A DNA stretch of 64,000 nt from Callorhinchus milii (Eukaryota): the NCBI RefSeq assembly GCF_018977255.1, contig NW_024704742.1, positions 25,794,001-25,858,000 of the forward strand, written 5' to 3'. Positions 26,300 to 39,646 of this stretch are shown piece after piece. The translations under genes and the position numbers were made by a program. Every line of letters starts with the position of its first letter. The first letter of the stretch is position 1. A model generated the notes under the pieces. The model did not search any database, was not told where the DNA came from, and saw only the letters and a list, made by a program, of their open reading frames with translations.

Positions 26300-27505
26300 T
26301 ACTTTTGGCCTCCTACCATTGGCAAGGCCACAGCTGGAATACTGTGTGCAGTTTTGGGCTCCTCATTATAGGAAAGATAAAAGCGCGTACTGCGCAGGAG
26401 GCAGTATGGAGGAGATTCACCAAGATGTTACCAAGAAGAGGCAATAAGGAAAAGGCTTGATGGACTGGAGCTTTTTCCTTGGGAGCTCAGAAGGCTGAGA
26501 CAGAATATGATAGAAGTGTACAGTAAACCTCACATAAGTCACATCAGCTGGGTCCATACATTTATTACGACTTATGAAAACTATGAGTTGTGTGAGACTT
26601 GCATAAGTCGTATCATATGGAACTTATGTTAAGTTGGATTTTATATGACTAACATATAACAAATACACAAGTACTGAACTGGCTTGTGACATTAAGGCGA
26701 TGTTTATGTACCATGTTTAACCCAATCATATTAAAGCTATAGTAGCTCATTCTTTCCATATGTAGTACGGCACAGTACTATACGTCATGTGCAGAAAATA
26801 TGTACTGTACAATGAACGGCACTACCAAAACAGGTTTCAAAACAGAACTGCTTTAATAGAATAAAAACTCTTACAAAGAACTACAGTAGTAACACTGTAA
26901 CTGAATTATCAATCACTTTTTGAGAACATGTTAAGTCACACATAAACCCTAAATTTACACTGCCTGATTTATCCTGTTCAAAGTCTGTGGCTTCAAATCG
27001 CATTTGAAGGCAATGTCCTTTTTTCATTTCAGGATTTGCCTTGCAAAACTCGAGTATCTGGTATTTCTCCTGATGGATCCTTGTTACTAATTTAAGTTTG
27101 GTTGGGCTTCCTGTATTGCCTGATTCCATGATGGCTGGTCAAAACCGTGTCTTCTGTAGCTCTTCACTGTTCTATACTGCGCATGCAGTCTTTCGTCAGT
27201 GCAGGCGGTAAGTTTGCATGATGGGTTGGGACTTTGATTGGAGCACTGCATACGGTGCTTCATGGCTGGTAAGTTTGTATGCAGTGAAGGGTCCCCTACA
27301 CTCTCCACGTAATTAGACATTCCTCGCTCCCTCCATGTTATGAGGTGCGTGACTGATAATACGACTATTGTAGAAAAATTTAAGTGGATTTAATAGGAAA
27401 TTCAAAAGGACTTGGGCAGATGTATGACTTAAGCGATTATACATTTACACAAATCAGACGTATGCGAGTTTTACTGTATAAGATGAAGGAGGCTAGGGTA
27501 GGGTA
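26300..27505 (+). mobile_element. Old CR1 fragment split by the Tigger
   Basis: [13 protein letters not shown] at about 26325-26365; IEVY/KM reconstituted across the TA site. Confidence 0.8.
26521..27476 (-). mobile_element. TcMar Tigger/pogo deletion derivative
   Basis: TIRs CAGTAAACCTCACATAAGTC and GACGTATGCGAGTTTTACTG; TA duplication; remnant CENP-B/psq-type HTH (KLVTRIHQEKYQILEFCKANPEMKK). Confidence 0.88.
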
Positions 27506-28860
27506 TAAAGGGAATACCTCAAGAAAATCCCTTAACCTCCTTGCTCTAAGGAATATAACCCCAGACATGAAGAGTGCTACATAAGTGTAAATTGTTTTGG
27601 ATTATGTATTCTTCACCTCCAATACCTTCCAGTTCTGATCAACAATCTTATTCAAAATGACAATGTTTCTTTACTCTTTGAAATGCTGATTAATCTACTA
27701 TGAACTTCATTTTTGTCAGATTTTCAATATTTACAATTTTATTCCCGTGAAGAGATTTTGACTGAAATTCTTGCTCATCCTGGCAATAATTTGAGTAGAT
27801 GAAATCTTGCAGGAAATTGGTTAGTTAGACTAAATGGTCTGAAGCTCCACTCTTGCCTTAAATTGTCTCCACAGATCAGGAAACTGAATAAGCACATTTG
27901 GTTTTCTCTTGAAAATAAAACTCCACCTCAGTAATGGTGGAGCACAGCTCTTAGGGTCACAAATCTAAGATGGTGTCAGTGGCCACAGGTACATCATGGA
28001 CAGTGTGGGGTGGCAAAACTTCAGGGTTTGAATTTGTGGGGCTTCATAACCTGAGGAACACTAGAACAGTTTGCAGATTTCACCCATATGCGACTAAAAG
28101 GACAAAAAATCTGTCTATCCAGGTAGACATTAAAGATCCCATGGCACTAAACAACTCCCAGATATGCATTGTCATTTGTGTCATGCGGATTTGTGGGATA
28201 TTGATGTGTGCAAATTGGCTGCCGTGTTGCCTAACAATACACAGTCACTACACTTTACAGGTGAAGCACTTTGGGGTGTTTTGATGACCTGATAAGGCAC
28301 TGTATCAAATGCAGGAATTATTATTATTTATTGTTATCATTTCATGTAAACTTTCCATCTTAAAAATCTTAATCCTGGAGAAAAAAGTAAATGAGTAAAA
28401 ACATCGTGAAAACCTATTGAAGTGAGAAAATGTGAGAGTTACTTATATGTGCCAAGGAAAAAGAAGACTTTCAAGTCAAAAATTCAAGAATAAATAATAC
28501 ATTAATTGCCCTTGATTCTGCTGAAAAAAAATCTTTCTATGTTACAAACATTGCTTAACTAATCTACCATTTATTTTTGGTTTTGGTCAGATGTGTGACA
28601 CATCCAGAAACCCATAACCATACTTAAAAGTATCCAAATCAGACTGAAACTTACACATATGTATGCCACCTACACAGGGAAATTTCTCTGTGCAGGTGGC
28701 ATACACATATCCACTTATATATATCTGGTATGGAAAGCACACTTACCCTTTAGAGAGACACATCCATCTTACCTAATTCTGTATTAGAATTAGGCTCAGG
28801 TTGGCAAGAGCCAAGGGTTGGGGGCCATATAGTGTGCGTTGGCTGCATGGAGTCCTGCAT

Positions 28861-29234
28861 GGAGTTCTGTAGCTCAGTGGTTAGAGCACTCGCCTCGGAA
28901 GTGAGACCTGGGTTCAATTCCCGGCAGGGTGACATGTTGGGCAAGTTTCCTTACTCCACATGCCTCTGTTTACCTAGCAATAAGTAGGAACCCGGTTGTT
29001 AGTCGGTTGGTGGTTGCTTTTCTGGGAGTATTAATTTCTTCAAAAAATAATAATAATAATAATTTGGTCATTTAATCCACGACAGTTTGTGGGACACTGC
29101 TGTGCGCAATTGGCTGCCACATTTCCCCCACAAAATATACAGTCAATTCATTTTGCAGTATATTCTGTGAAGTGCTTTGAGATGTCTCGAAGACCTGATA
29201 AGGTGCTATATCAAATACAAGGATTATTATTATT
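28861..29234 (+). mobile_element. tRNA-derived SINE, long subfamily with extra central module
   Basis: Same head and tail as the young SINE, plus TCTGTTTACCTAGCAATAAGTAGGAACCCGGTTGTTAGTCG... Confidence 0.88.
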
Positions 29235-30829
29235 TATTTTTATTTAATTTTACCTAGAATTGCATTACTACCCCTGGTCAAAACATTTTGGCTTGTGCAA
29301 TGTTTTTCAAATTGCTTTTAAATAATACAAAAACGTGGCATGTTAGCTATTTGCTATTACACTATCTTATCCTTTCACAACATTTACCAGCTGCAAGTAG
29401 CACTAAGATTGACTTGAAATTCAGTGGACCAGTTTAAACAACTTGAATTGGCAGGATCTGTTTTGAAATGAATTGGCAAAACAGGGCCCCAAGACTGTTG
29501 CATTAAAATACTTTCCTAATTTAATATGTAGTTACTTTGATCTGAAAATAAATATTTTCAAATGGTGCCACGGAATTTTAATCATCTTCCAAAAACTCAA
29601 ATTAGATACTGTTGGTGTGGCTTTGTGGAAACATTTAAACTTTAATGGCTGCCAAGCATAAGCACTTGAACAGACGCCAACACAAAGGCCTTACAGACTG
29701 AACTTAATATTGCGGATGGAGTTTGCAGGATCAAGTAGAGAGAGAGAAAAAAAAACTCATGTACCTTTGGGTCAAAGCTCTCTGGCAACATTTCAGGATT
29801 AAAATATGTAAGTAAAGCCAGTGTGTTCATGAATATTTAGCTCGGCTACTGCACAACAGGCTCAAATTATAGTCAAAGCCTTGTGTCGGGACGCACGCTA
29901 GTACTCTGCCGGTCTCTTGTGAAATTTGCTTAACTTCATTCAGATCTCAGGAAAGTAGACAAACAGATGGCAAGATAATGGAGTAAAATCAGAAGATTAT
30001 AAATTATAGAAATTACAGCACAGAATGTGGCCATCTGGCCCATCGAGCCTTTAACTGATGCTAGATCCTATACAAGAACTATAAACTCTATTCCCAATTC
30101 TGAGCTCTTTTCCTGTTCCCTTTTATGTTGTTCTTCAAATATTTATTTAATCTTGCATGTTTAAGTGCTGGTGAAAGGGGATTACTGTCTGAAGGTGAGT
30201 TTGGTTCTGTTGATAGCATTCTTGGATCATGAAAGCTGTAGGCTGCACGTTGGGCTTGAACTTATCTGAGCTGAGCAGTGCAAAAGAAATGGGCTCAATA
30301 ATAAAACTGGACAATAATTGTAACACATACATCTTTAAATGGCAATAAACTGAGGCCACAGGACACTTGGCGTGAAGTATGGAAAATGTCAAGCCTTCAC
30401 TTGGCACTAGTGAAGAAATTAAAAATCAAGCTCAGAGCAAAACATATAAATCTGAAAATCTGTTTGTTTTAAAAAGGATCTAAAAATAATTTTTGAATAA
30501 CCTGGTGGAGCTTGGTTGGTAAGCAGGCCGTGACAAATCCCGAAGGGAAACAGAATCACAGAACCAATTAATAAAAGAAGAAAGAACCAGTAGTAATAAA
30601 AAATTCAGAAAATCTATTGCTATAAATGTTACCTGCATTAACACAGACCAAAAAGGTATGAGTTAAATATGTCCAGATGCAAAGTTTTTGGCTGTGGAAA
30701 AAATAAATGCATCGAACAATGAACAACAGCTAGTGGAACAGATACCCACTGCCTGGCAGTAACAATTTGTGGGTAGTTTGACAAGATAAGTGGATATAAG
30801 TATGACACAAAACAGCTTTGCAACTGTCA

Positions 30830-31297
30830 GTATAACCCTTGTACGATCATCCACATTGCTATTCTCCTTGGCAAGGAGGTAAGCAGGGTCCCCTTGGAGC
30901 TGAACTGGCTCCAAAGTGACATGCTTATTTACGGAATGTCAAAATCGAGTCAACCCACTGTGGCGGGTTTGGTAATCAGTCTTCTGAGCCAGTTGGGTCC
31001 ACAGTATTTCACGGCACTGCTGATAACAGCACAGCCAGCCTGGCTCATCGGTAGGACTTGGAGGAGCAGACCAATCACTGAGGGCAGGGATTCTTCCCAC
31101 TCAACTCTTGTTAACCCTGCAAGCCAAAGCCCGAATGGGTATGGTGGTCCTAGCTGCACAAGCAGCGGGAAAGCCCAGCGCCTTGGGACGTCTTTCCGAA
31201 GTGAAAAGCGCTACACATCTGTAATGTTGTTGTTGTTGTTGCCAGACAGTGCTGTCAATAGCAAGCTATCAGGGTTCAGCTGGTTAAGTTCTAGCGG
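30830..31297 (+). repeat. Unclassified dispersed repeat, copy 2, with a mini L2-tail insertion at about 31176-31240
   Basis: Homology to 7050-7591 and 33100-33715. Confidence 0.85.
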
Positions 31298-33099
31298 TTA
31301 TATTTTTTTCAGGATACTTTGTCCCTTGGTCTGTTTATTACATAACGTGTCTCTATTTTCATTCTGACAGTTCATCTTTTCACTCTCATGGTGCTGCAAT
31401 TGTGTGTGAGCTAGCCTTTGAGAGTCGCGCACTATTATAGAGAACTATTATCCTCTTGATTAAAGGAATGAATGGGTGAATCCTGGTCCACATTTTCCAT
31501 CTATGACAATCTTCAGAGCTGCTATGTGGCTCTGCTGATTTCATTTGGAAACTGGTTCCCCACAGTTACTAAAACGAAACTGGTTTTATAATTCATACTG
31601 AATTATATAATTTCTATGATTCTGCCCAATCTCAAATTTTAATACAAATTGGTCTTGGACGAGGTGAAACATGCTATGTATTTGTGTGCTACTGTACTGG
31701 TGAAACAAACGTAAAGTTAATTTAGTCGTGAGTGAGACATCACACAACTAGATGTTAAATTAAGAACCCGTCAGCCCTGTACAGAAATAAAATTCTGTCA
31801 TCCAATTCATACAAGATATCATATAGACTACATATTATTAAGTCATATCTTTATAGGACTTTTACATATTCAATGTTTATTTTAAAGAGAGATTAACAGC
31901 AAAATATAAATGCCATATATAAATAGCTAGACTGTACACTGGATTGAAACAAATCTGTGATACTGCATCATTTCTGGAGAATCTTACAGTATTTTCTCAT
32001 CCAACAAGTGCTGTGTTTTGTTCAGTGCAGTCAGTACCTCATGTCCAGTAATCCTATAATGTTCTCTCCTGTCAAACTCAGCATATGTGTACTTGGGTAA
32101 TGATCTTCTGACCATACAGAAGTAATCAGCAGAACAAAAGTCAAAAAACATCCAAAAGTAACTTACAACAATTTGCCTTTCATGTAGGAATAATGCCACA
32201 AAGACTAAGCGGTGCAGGGGGAACAGGGAGGGCAGGCAAGAGGAAATGGCTGAAAGCACCGTCAAATAAATATTCAGAGATTTTGAAAGCAATGAGGGAG
32301 GGAACAAAGTGGAGAGTTTTGGAATGTAATCTCAGGAAGCCCATGTATGTCATGCTGACTCATGGGAAGTTGGCTCATTTCCCCATATCAAAAATACTGG
32401 GTATTTCTTAATCTCACTCTGCACTTATATTTCGGATGAGATGTTAAACCGAAGTTCTGTTTACTTGTTCAGGTGAATGTTAAAGATCCGATGGCACTAT
32501 TTGATAAAAGGAAGTTTCACCCAGTGGCATGGCCAACAATCCCCCAGGTACAATTCATCAATCACTTCATTGCATACTGTGTGCAATCTGCTGCCGCTTT
32601 CACCTACAAAATACAATCACTATACTTTACAATAAATCCTTTGAAGTGCTTTGAGTCATTTCAATGATGTGATAAGAGGTTGACAGGATTATTATCCCAT
32701 ACTGATCTCAAACAAATACAGTACTTATCATTTTTTGAAAGAGTTAATTGACATTGTATGGACTGCTTTTATTGAAGGTATATGTAGCATTGTGTGTTTG
32801 AAAAAATCTTAAGTCTTGAAACTTTTTAAAATTTCAAACTTATTCCTTCAAATTCTCTTCTCAGTAGCCTATTTAGATATACATCTTCAAAATCGATTTT
32901 CAAGATTTGATCATGTTGTTTCAGGTTGGACACCCAATATTCCCTCAATCCTGGGTGTCCAAGCTGAAAAATTGTTCTGTTCATTAGCGTTGGTATCAGT
33001 CAACTTGAAAACAAAATATCGCATCACTAAAATTAGTTAAAACCCAAAATGACTCTAACAACAACCACATGCATTTTATATTGTGCCTTAAATTGTAAT

Positions 33100-33715
33100 A
33101 GGACTTTCCTGAATCAAGCATACATTATCAGGGTCTCCTTGGTGCTGAACTGGCTCAAAGTTGACATGCCTGACAATGGAATCGGATTCGAGCCAGCCCT
33201 TGTGGTGGTCTCGGTAGTCGGGTTCCTGAGCCAGGTGGGTCTGCAGTATTCCAGGGCACTGTTGATGACAGCACAGCCAGCCTGGCTCATTGGCAGGACC
33301 CGGAAGGGCAGACCAGTCACTGGGGCAGGGAGTCATCCCACTCAGCTCCTGTTAACCATGCAAACCAAAGCTCAAATGGGTAGGGTTGTCCTAGCTGGAG
33401 AGCAGCAAGGAAACTTGCCAGACAGCAATATCAATGGCAAGCTATGCGGTTTTAGTTGATTAGACTCCAGCAGTACCCCAACGCACACTCTGTGGTCCCC
33501 AAGCTTTGGCTCTTGCCAACCTGTGCCTAATACTTTCTGGAATTAAGTAAGCAGGATACATCTCTCCAGGGAGAGAGTGAGAATTCCATTCCAACAAACT
33601 CACTCTGGGATTTTCATATTTAGGTGGGATGCATGGAAATTGCAACTTGGTTTGGATACTCTTAAGCATGGTGATGAGTTTCTGCATGTCAGACACCTGA
33701 CTGACCAAAAAAAAA
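33100..33715 (+). repeat. Unclassified dispersed repeat, copy 3 (longest)
   Basis: Ends GACTGACC(A)9; inverted partial copies at 9760-9930, 28578-28840 and 62068-62380. Confidence 0.85.
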
Positions 33716-34196
33716 CATTGTCAGGGTTACTGCTCGACTGGCAAGTGGATTTTCACCCCCAAGTTAGCTATTTAAAGTCGTTTTAAAATTCAGTTTCAAT
33801 ACAAAACTATAGATTTGTTCATAGATTTTATAGATCCATAATCCATAAAATATTAGTTTTAGAAATAGTCCACAAAGCAAAAATTAAACCATTGCATAGG
33901 TTTATTTTTCACAGTGTTAATACACTCATAAGAAAACAAAGTGTAAAAATCTAAGCTGATCTAGGTGAAAACGATCACATTAGCACATCACAGAAATGTC
34001 TATCCTGTCAATGTCTGGCCAAGTGTTTGATCCTCATCCCCCACTCTGAATTTATCACATCGGTTTGGTTTGTGGACCCAAAGCTTAGAGGGAAAATGGA
34101 ATAGATAATGGTTGAAATATTATTCTATTGTGTTTCCTCAAAGAAAATGTAAGAAGTACATACTTACACTGTTCTGAGCAACATAACATTGTGTTA

Positions 34197-34232
34197 CTAC
34201 AGTTTCAAATATTGCACTTGCTTTTGCAATTC
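34197..34232 (-). CDS. LRRC27: Candidate final coding exon of the LRRC27-like gene (ELQKQVQYLKL*)
   Basis: Pyrimidine tract plus aaag acceptor, phase 0; resembles recalled ELQDEVLKLKL; TAG at 34199-34197; GTAAGT donor after 34168. Confidence 0.5.
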   Translation of the reverse strand, partial: ELQKQVQYLKL

Positions 34233-36752
34233 CTTTCAGGTGAAGGAAGACCATTGACAAAAGAGAAGGCTACTCTAGTATTGATAAAGGATCTTCATTC
34301 CATTGATTCCATTGTATCAAGTATATATACTTAAGTCTACCCTCTTTGCACTCCTCCTTTAAATGCCACACCTCACTACGCAATAATAGTGTCTATTCAG
34401 GACTGTACTGAAGAAAGGGAAGATGGGAAAATGAGTTGTTAGTGGCCATATTCCTAAGATGGTCATACATTATTTAAAAAGGGTACTTGGAGAAAATAGT
34501 GAAACTGTATATAATTTAACGTGAATGGACTAGTGAAATGCTCACTAGTATATCTGGATCTGACAGAGATGGGTGATCCTTCATTGGACAGAATGATTTC
34601 TGTTCTTTGAAAATGTTACGCGGCTTTAAAAGGTAACATTGTGAGGCAAACTAGGGGAACTGTCTCCAGTGAAGGCACACAATCGATATTCCATGGGAGC
34701 TTGCTTATCCAGTTTTAACCCCGACAGCCCCGATAACATTGCCTGCAGTTTGGTGCTCTGAAAAGAAAATGGAAACAGAGTTAAAAGCGAAACCTCAAAC
34801 TTGCTGAGGACTTTTAATTTTCCTTTCGTTTCTGTGGTTTAACAACATACAAATCTTATTAGTGTTGGATTCTCTCTGCTTGTTGGTAAAAATCATTCCT
34901 CTAAGGTCTAACGAGAAACATATAAACAGTAATTTTCAATACCGAAGGGAGCTATTTGTTATCTGGCCCATTGTGTCTGCCACCATGACCTTTTTTCTGA
35001 GTAGCTTTTTTTTATTATTAATCCCATTTTCCAGCTCTTTTCCGATATCCTTTAATGCTTTTACTGCTCAAAGGCCTGAAGTTATAATTAGCATTAGCAT
35101 GTAAGACCATTTGACCTACATATTCAGTATGCACGCACTTGTCACCTCCCACCTCAATTTTTCCAATGCCCTCACTGGAGGGACTCTGGGATGGAGTTCT
35201 AGAGGATGGGAGCAGAAAGCCTGAAGGCACCGATGGTGGACGGGGCAGGGACAAGCATCAGTGCTTTCTCCTCCAAGACGCCATCCATCTTCATCTCAAT
35301 GCCCCTGCATGTGCTTATCCAATTCTCTTTTAAATATACCAACTGACTCTGCTCTTAAAGCTAACCTTAGCAAATCAATCCACCATTTTTTCCCCCTCTT
35401 CTCTAGAAGGGTTGCCTCATGCTGTCATACAATTCCATGGGTGCCAGCCCTCCTCTAATTCCTTACCAAACTGGCTATTCTTGATGTATGAAACTAGATG
35501 GTGAACATCCAAGCCAGATCCACCTCACTCAATCATGTGCTGGTCACTAAAAGTTCTCAAGTACTTTCAAGTTGTTAGAATTGGCAAACCCTTCATGAAG
35601 AGTTAGTGAAAAGATTTGTAAGATCCCAATTTACAATTACCAGCAGGCATTGTGGGATAATGGTTGATTCCTCCCACCGTTAGCTCAGGACCACTGAGGG
35701 CAGTGGTACCAACCCCACTGCTACCTCGTCTGATATCATCTAACCCAGCAGAAACTGAGAAGCCAACCAAAAGTCTCACTTGTCTGCATTGTTCAGTTTC
35801 ATGCTGGCAGTGATTATAACCAATTGAGCCATTAAAGAGATTTGGACGCCTCATTTACATTCCAGCCCCGTTGCTAAAGGCAAAGCTGCAATATAAAGAT
35901 GGCAGGAGTGCAACATTGAAACACCATGCTGCCAAACTCTATTGAATTTGGCACTAGAGAACAAGACTAATTCTACCAAATAAACCTTTATCGCCTAAAG
36001 CAAATATATTTCTGGCATAATTTCACCTTTGTATTTTCGAATTGCAGCAGAGCACCACAGAGAACATACTACGTGTTTTACAAAGCGGCTTCTCCAATGG
36101 CTTGCTAGGGTTATTGGGAGAATAACCGAACCATGTAGACTGGGAAGGTTCCACGTTTGAGTTTGTTGATCTCAGCCAGGACAGAGTATGGGCTTGGGTT
36201 AGTTTGGGGATACAACTCTTGATAATTATCCAGCCAAGCATGCTGGAGGAGCATGTGAGTGGCTAGGGCCTTTTCAACCACAGTAAGGCTGGTTGTTGAG
36301 TTTCAGTTTATGACAAATGATGGGCAACACAACAACTTGCATTTATATAGTACCCCTCATGCAGAGTAGCACCCCAGAGCTCTTAAACTATGTTGTGGCC
36401 CTCATCACTACATTCCAGCACTGTTGCCAAAGGCAAAGCTGCAATATAACCTTGGCAGGAATGCAACTGCAAGCACCATGCTGCTAAATTCTGTTGTACT
36501 GAGCAGTATCCACAAGGTGAGGTTCTGCTCAGTATTCACTATTCCTTGCTGTGTATCTTACATCTACTTTTTTTTAAATCAAATTTCTTTTCAATGACTT
36601 ATTGGACTTTCCGGCACACTGATCAAATCATTACAATTAGTCTGAGGCCGAATGTATATATGTCTTTTGTTGAATTAATCTTGCTAACCGTCAATCCAAT
36701 TCTAGCAAGTCCAAGCACCGGGGAGCGTGCTTCACAAACCAACAGTACTTAC

Positions 36753-36867
36753 TGAATTGTTGTTGCAGGAGGCTTTCATAATCTCCAGTCTTTTGTTCCT
36801 TCTCTGCTGCTGTAAGCAATGGATGCGATGCTTCAATTCTTGATCAATGTGCTTGTATTTAGAGATT
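36753..36867 (-). CDS. LRRC27: LRRC27-like coiled-coil exon (ISKYKHIDQELKHRIHCLQQQRRNKRLEIMKASCNNNS)
   Basis: tttttctgtccag acceptor, TCA|GTAAGT donor, 115 nt, phase 2 to 0; resembles recalled LEEKIKQHVLQMREQRR. Confidence 0.72.
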
Positions 36868-39309
36868 CTGGACAGAAAAAGGGATAAGAATAAGCATATT
36901 TTAAGCATCTGTTCCTTTAGTATTCACTGATTAACCTCACTGATAAACACCCACGGGGATGGGCAGAGCGCCTTTTTAATAAAAACAGTATTGAGACTTA
37001 ATTTACAGATCAGATTCTGCTATTCCCCGAAGCTGTTACAGCCCTTTTTTTCCCCTCTAAATATCTGGCAATGGTGCACACTTGCCTCCCAGGATGAATT
37101 TGGTCTGCCAAGATGTCTGAGTTGGCTTGCCATAGAACATGGCAAAAAATCCTTGCCTGCTTTGGTCCATTTGCCCCATCTCTAGCTTGCTCTTTTCCAA
37201 GGTGCTGGAATGCACCTCCCACCTTCACTCCTTCCTCTCACACCACTCTCCATGTGAGTCCATCCAATCTCACTTTCGCCCTGCCTCATGAGCTGGGTAA
37301 GCATAGCAGACTAATTTAAGAGCATGACATCTACCATGCATTTAATAGATTCACAGATAGAAAATACCTAATTAAGAGACACTATTTTATCTGAGGGTGA
37401 AACAGCCTGAAATGTTGACTATATTAGGAGGCATCTGCAGGTACTTTCTGTCCTCCAGTTCCTTACTTTTGCTCTTTTCCTCCCATATGATGTTCTTCAG
37501 ATGCACTAGGCTTTGCTTGGATATTTTCTCTTGCACAATTTAATTTGTCGTCCTGGTTTGTTATCTATAATAAAAAATAATAATCTTGCATTTGATATTG
37601 CACCTTTTATGGTGGGATGACAACTCTGAGTGCTGCACAAGATTTTAGTAATGTAATGATCACATATTTTATAGGTGAACTTAGCAGGCAATTTGTGCAC
37701 AGCAATGTCCCACAAACAGCCATGAAGTGAATGACCAATTTTATCTGGGGCCGGTTAAGGCACCGGGCAAACTCCCTTCTCTTTTTAAAAGTTAACTATC
37801 TACATAATAAAAGCGCAATAGATAATACAAATGAAAATAATATAATTTTAATAAATGCAAGGCACTGGGAGAACAATAAATATCAAACACTGAGAAGCTT
37901 TCAGTCATTTTCTCTTGATCTACAATACAGTACCTGACATTCTGAGTCATACTCCATTTCATATTTGGTTGACTGGCAATCAGCTCCCATTGCTAGGTTT
38001 TCAGCAAATGAACGACTGGATATTTGAAGACCAATGTGGTCATAATATCTACAATGCTTCAAAGGTTTAAAAACTATTCATATATAAAAGTTCACGATGC
38101 TTTAAAGCAGGATATTCCAACTTGCAGCACACTAAAGTTGCACAAGTGAAAGCATCACTTGTGCTACTTTACACCAACATAAATGGCCACTAAGTGTCAG
38201 GGCCCTCTACTTCCCAGGTAGTTGAATGTCCCTTTCAGACCCGGATTAGACTATTTTTATTGACCAGTAACAAGATCACAAGGCAGCTCCAGATGGAAAA
38301 AGGCAATTTGGTTCATTTGATCTCATGCTTTCAGAAAACTTTGCAATCCTATCTTTACAGAATCAGACTGTTCCTTGAATGAATCCAGTGTTTTGGTCTC
38401 AACCATCCAACTTTCCTATTCTAGTTATTAATTACTGTTTGGGTAAGAAATACTTCCTGGTGTCTGTCCTGAAAATGACCTTTGGCACCTGTGTTCTTTC
38501 TTTTCTGTTGTCTTGGCATATTTGAAAGTATGGTTCCGGGTTTTCCTTTTTCAATCCCATTACATATCTTGTAGACCTCGGAACGGTTCCTTCTGACGCA
38601 TCGTCTGTCAAGGCTATAGAGTACTAGCTTGCCTAATCATTGCTCATAGCTTAATACTCTAAACACTGCAGATCATCTTCATTCCTTTCCTCTGCAGTAC
38701 CTCTGGGGCCTCCGCAACCGATTTATGTTATGATGACCAGAAGTGTAGGTAAAACTCCAGATGGAGCCTGACCAGAACACTATACAACCTGAGTATGACT
38801 TCTGGGGACATATCATAAACAAAATCCTTGCATTTGATATACAACCTTTCACAGTGGGAAAAAGTCCCAAAACACCTCACAGGATTTTCCTATACGTAGT
38901 GACTGCGTATTTGGTAGGCAAATGCAGCAGCCAATTTGTACATTGCATTTTTGTACAAACAGCCATAAAATGCATGACCAAATTTATCTTGCGGGTTGGT
39001 TGGCCAGGTTACCAAGAAAAACTTCTGTTTAGAATAGTGCAGTTCTGAACTCCACTGATTTGGCAATTTAACCCAGCATCCTGTTTGCCTTGTTTATTGC
39101 TGCTTTACGTGGTTTTGACATGGTGAGCAATGAGTCAACTAACAATTGTAGATCTTTTTCATCTTCTCCATTGGCAAGTTATATCCCATCCAAGGAGTAC
39201 ATGTGTTTCTTGTCCTTACTTGCTATATGCAGCAACTTGCATTTATATCCGGATTACATTTCATTTGTCAGTTACTAGACCATGTGCAAACTCTATCAAC
39301 ATCTCTTTG

Positions 39310-39625
39310 TAATAATAATAATAATCCTTGCATTTGATATAGCGCTTTTCACGTCGGGAGGAGTCCCAAAGCGCTTCACAGAACACACTGTAAAGTGAAT
39401 TGACTGTATATTTGTGGGCGAACGCGGCAGCCAATTGCGCACAGCAATGTCCCACAAACAGACGTAGATTGAAAATGACCAATTTATTATTGATTTTGGT
39501 TTTGGAGGGATTATTATTAGGCGTGTGGAGTAAGGAAACTTGCCCAAGGTTTCACCCTGCCTGGAATTGAACTCAGGTCTCTCGCTTGCAACGCGAGAGC
39601 TCTAACCACTGAGCTACAGGACTCC
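39310..39625 (-). mobile_element. Young tRNA-derived SINE
   Basis: Near-identical to 14341-14651. Confidence 0.92.
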
Positions 39626-39646
39626 AGTAAGAGTTTTACTGCCTGA

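Noticed and set aside
32911..33003. Alternative last exon LTDTNANEQNNFSAWTP..., with an 11-bp hairpin stem TTGGACACCCA
   Set aside because: Phase-compatible but no convincing homology; 34232-34197 fits better; the short stem could be chance
39070..39180. Possible missing LRRC27 exon
   Set aside because: The peptide AAINKANRMLG is a CR1 RT remnant
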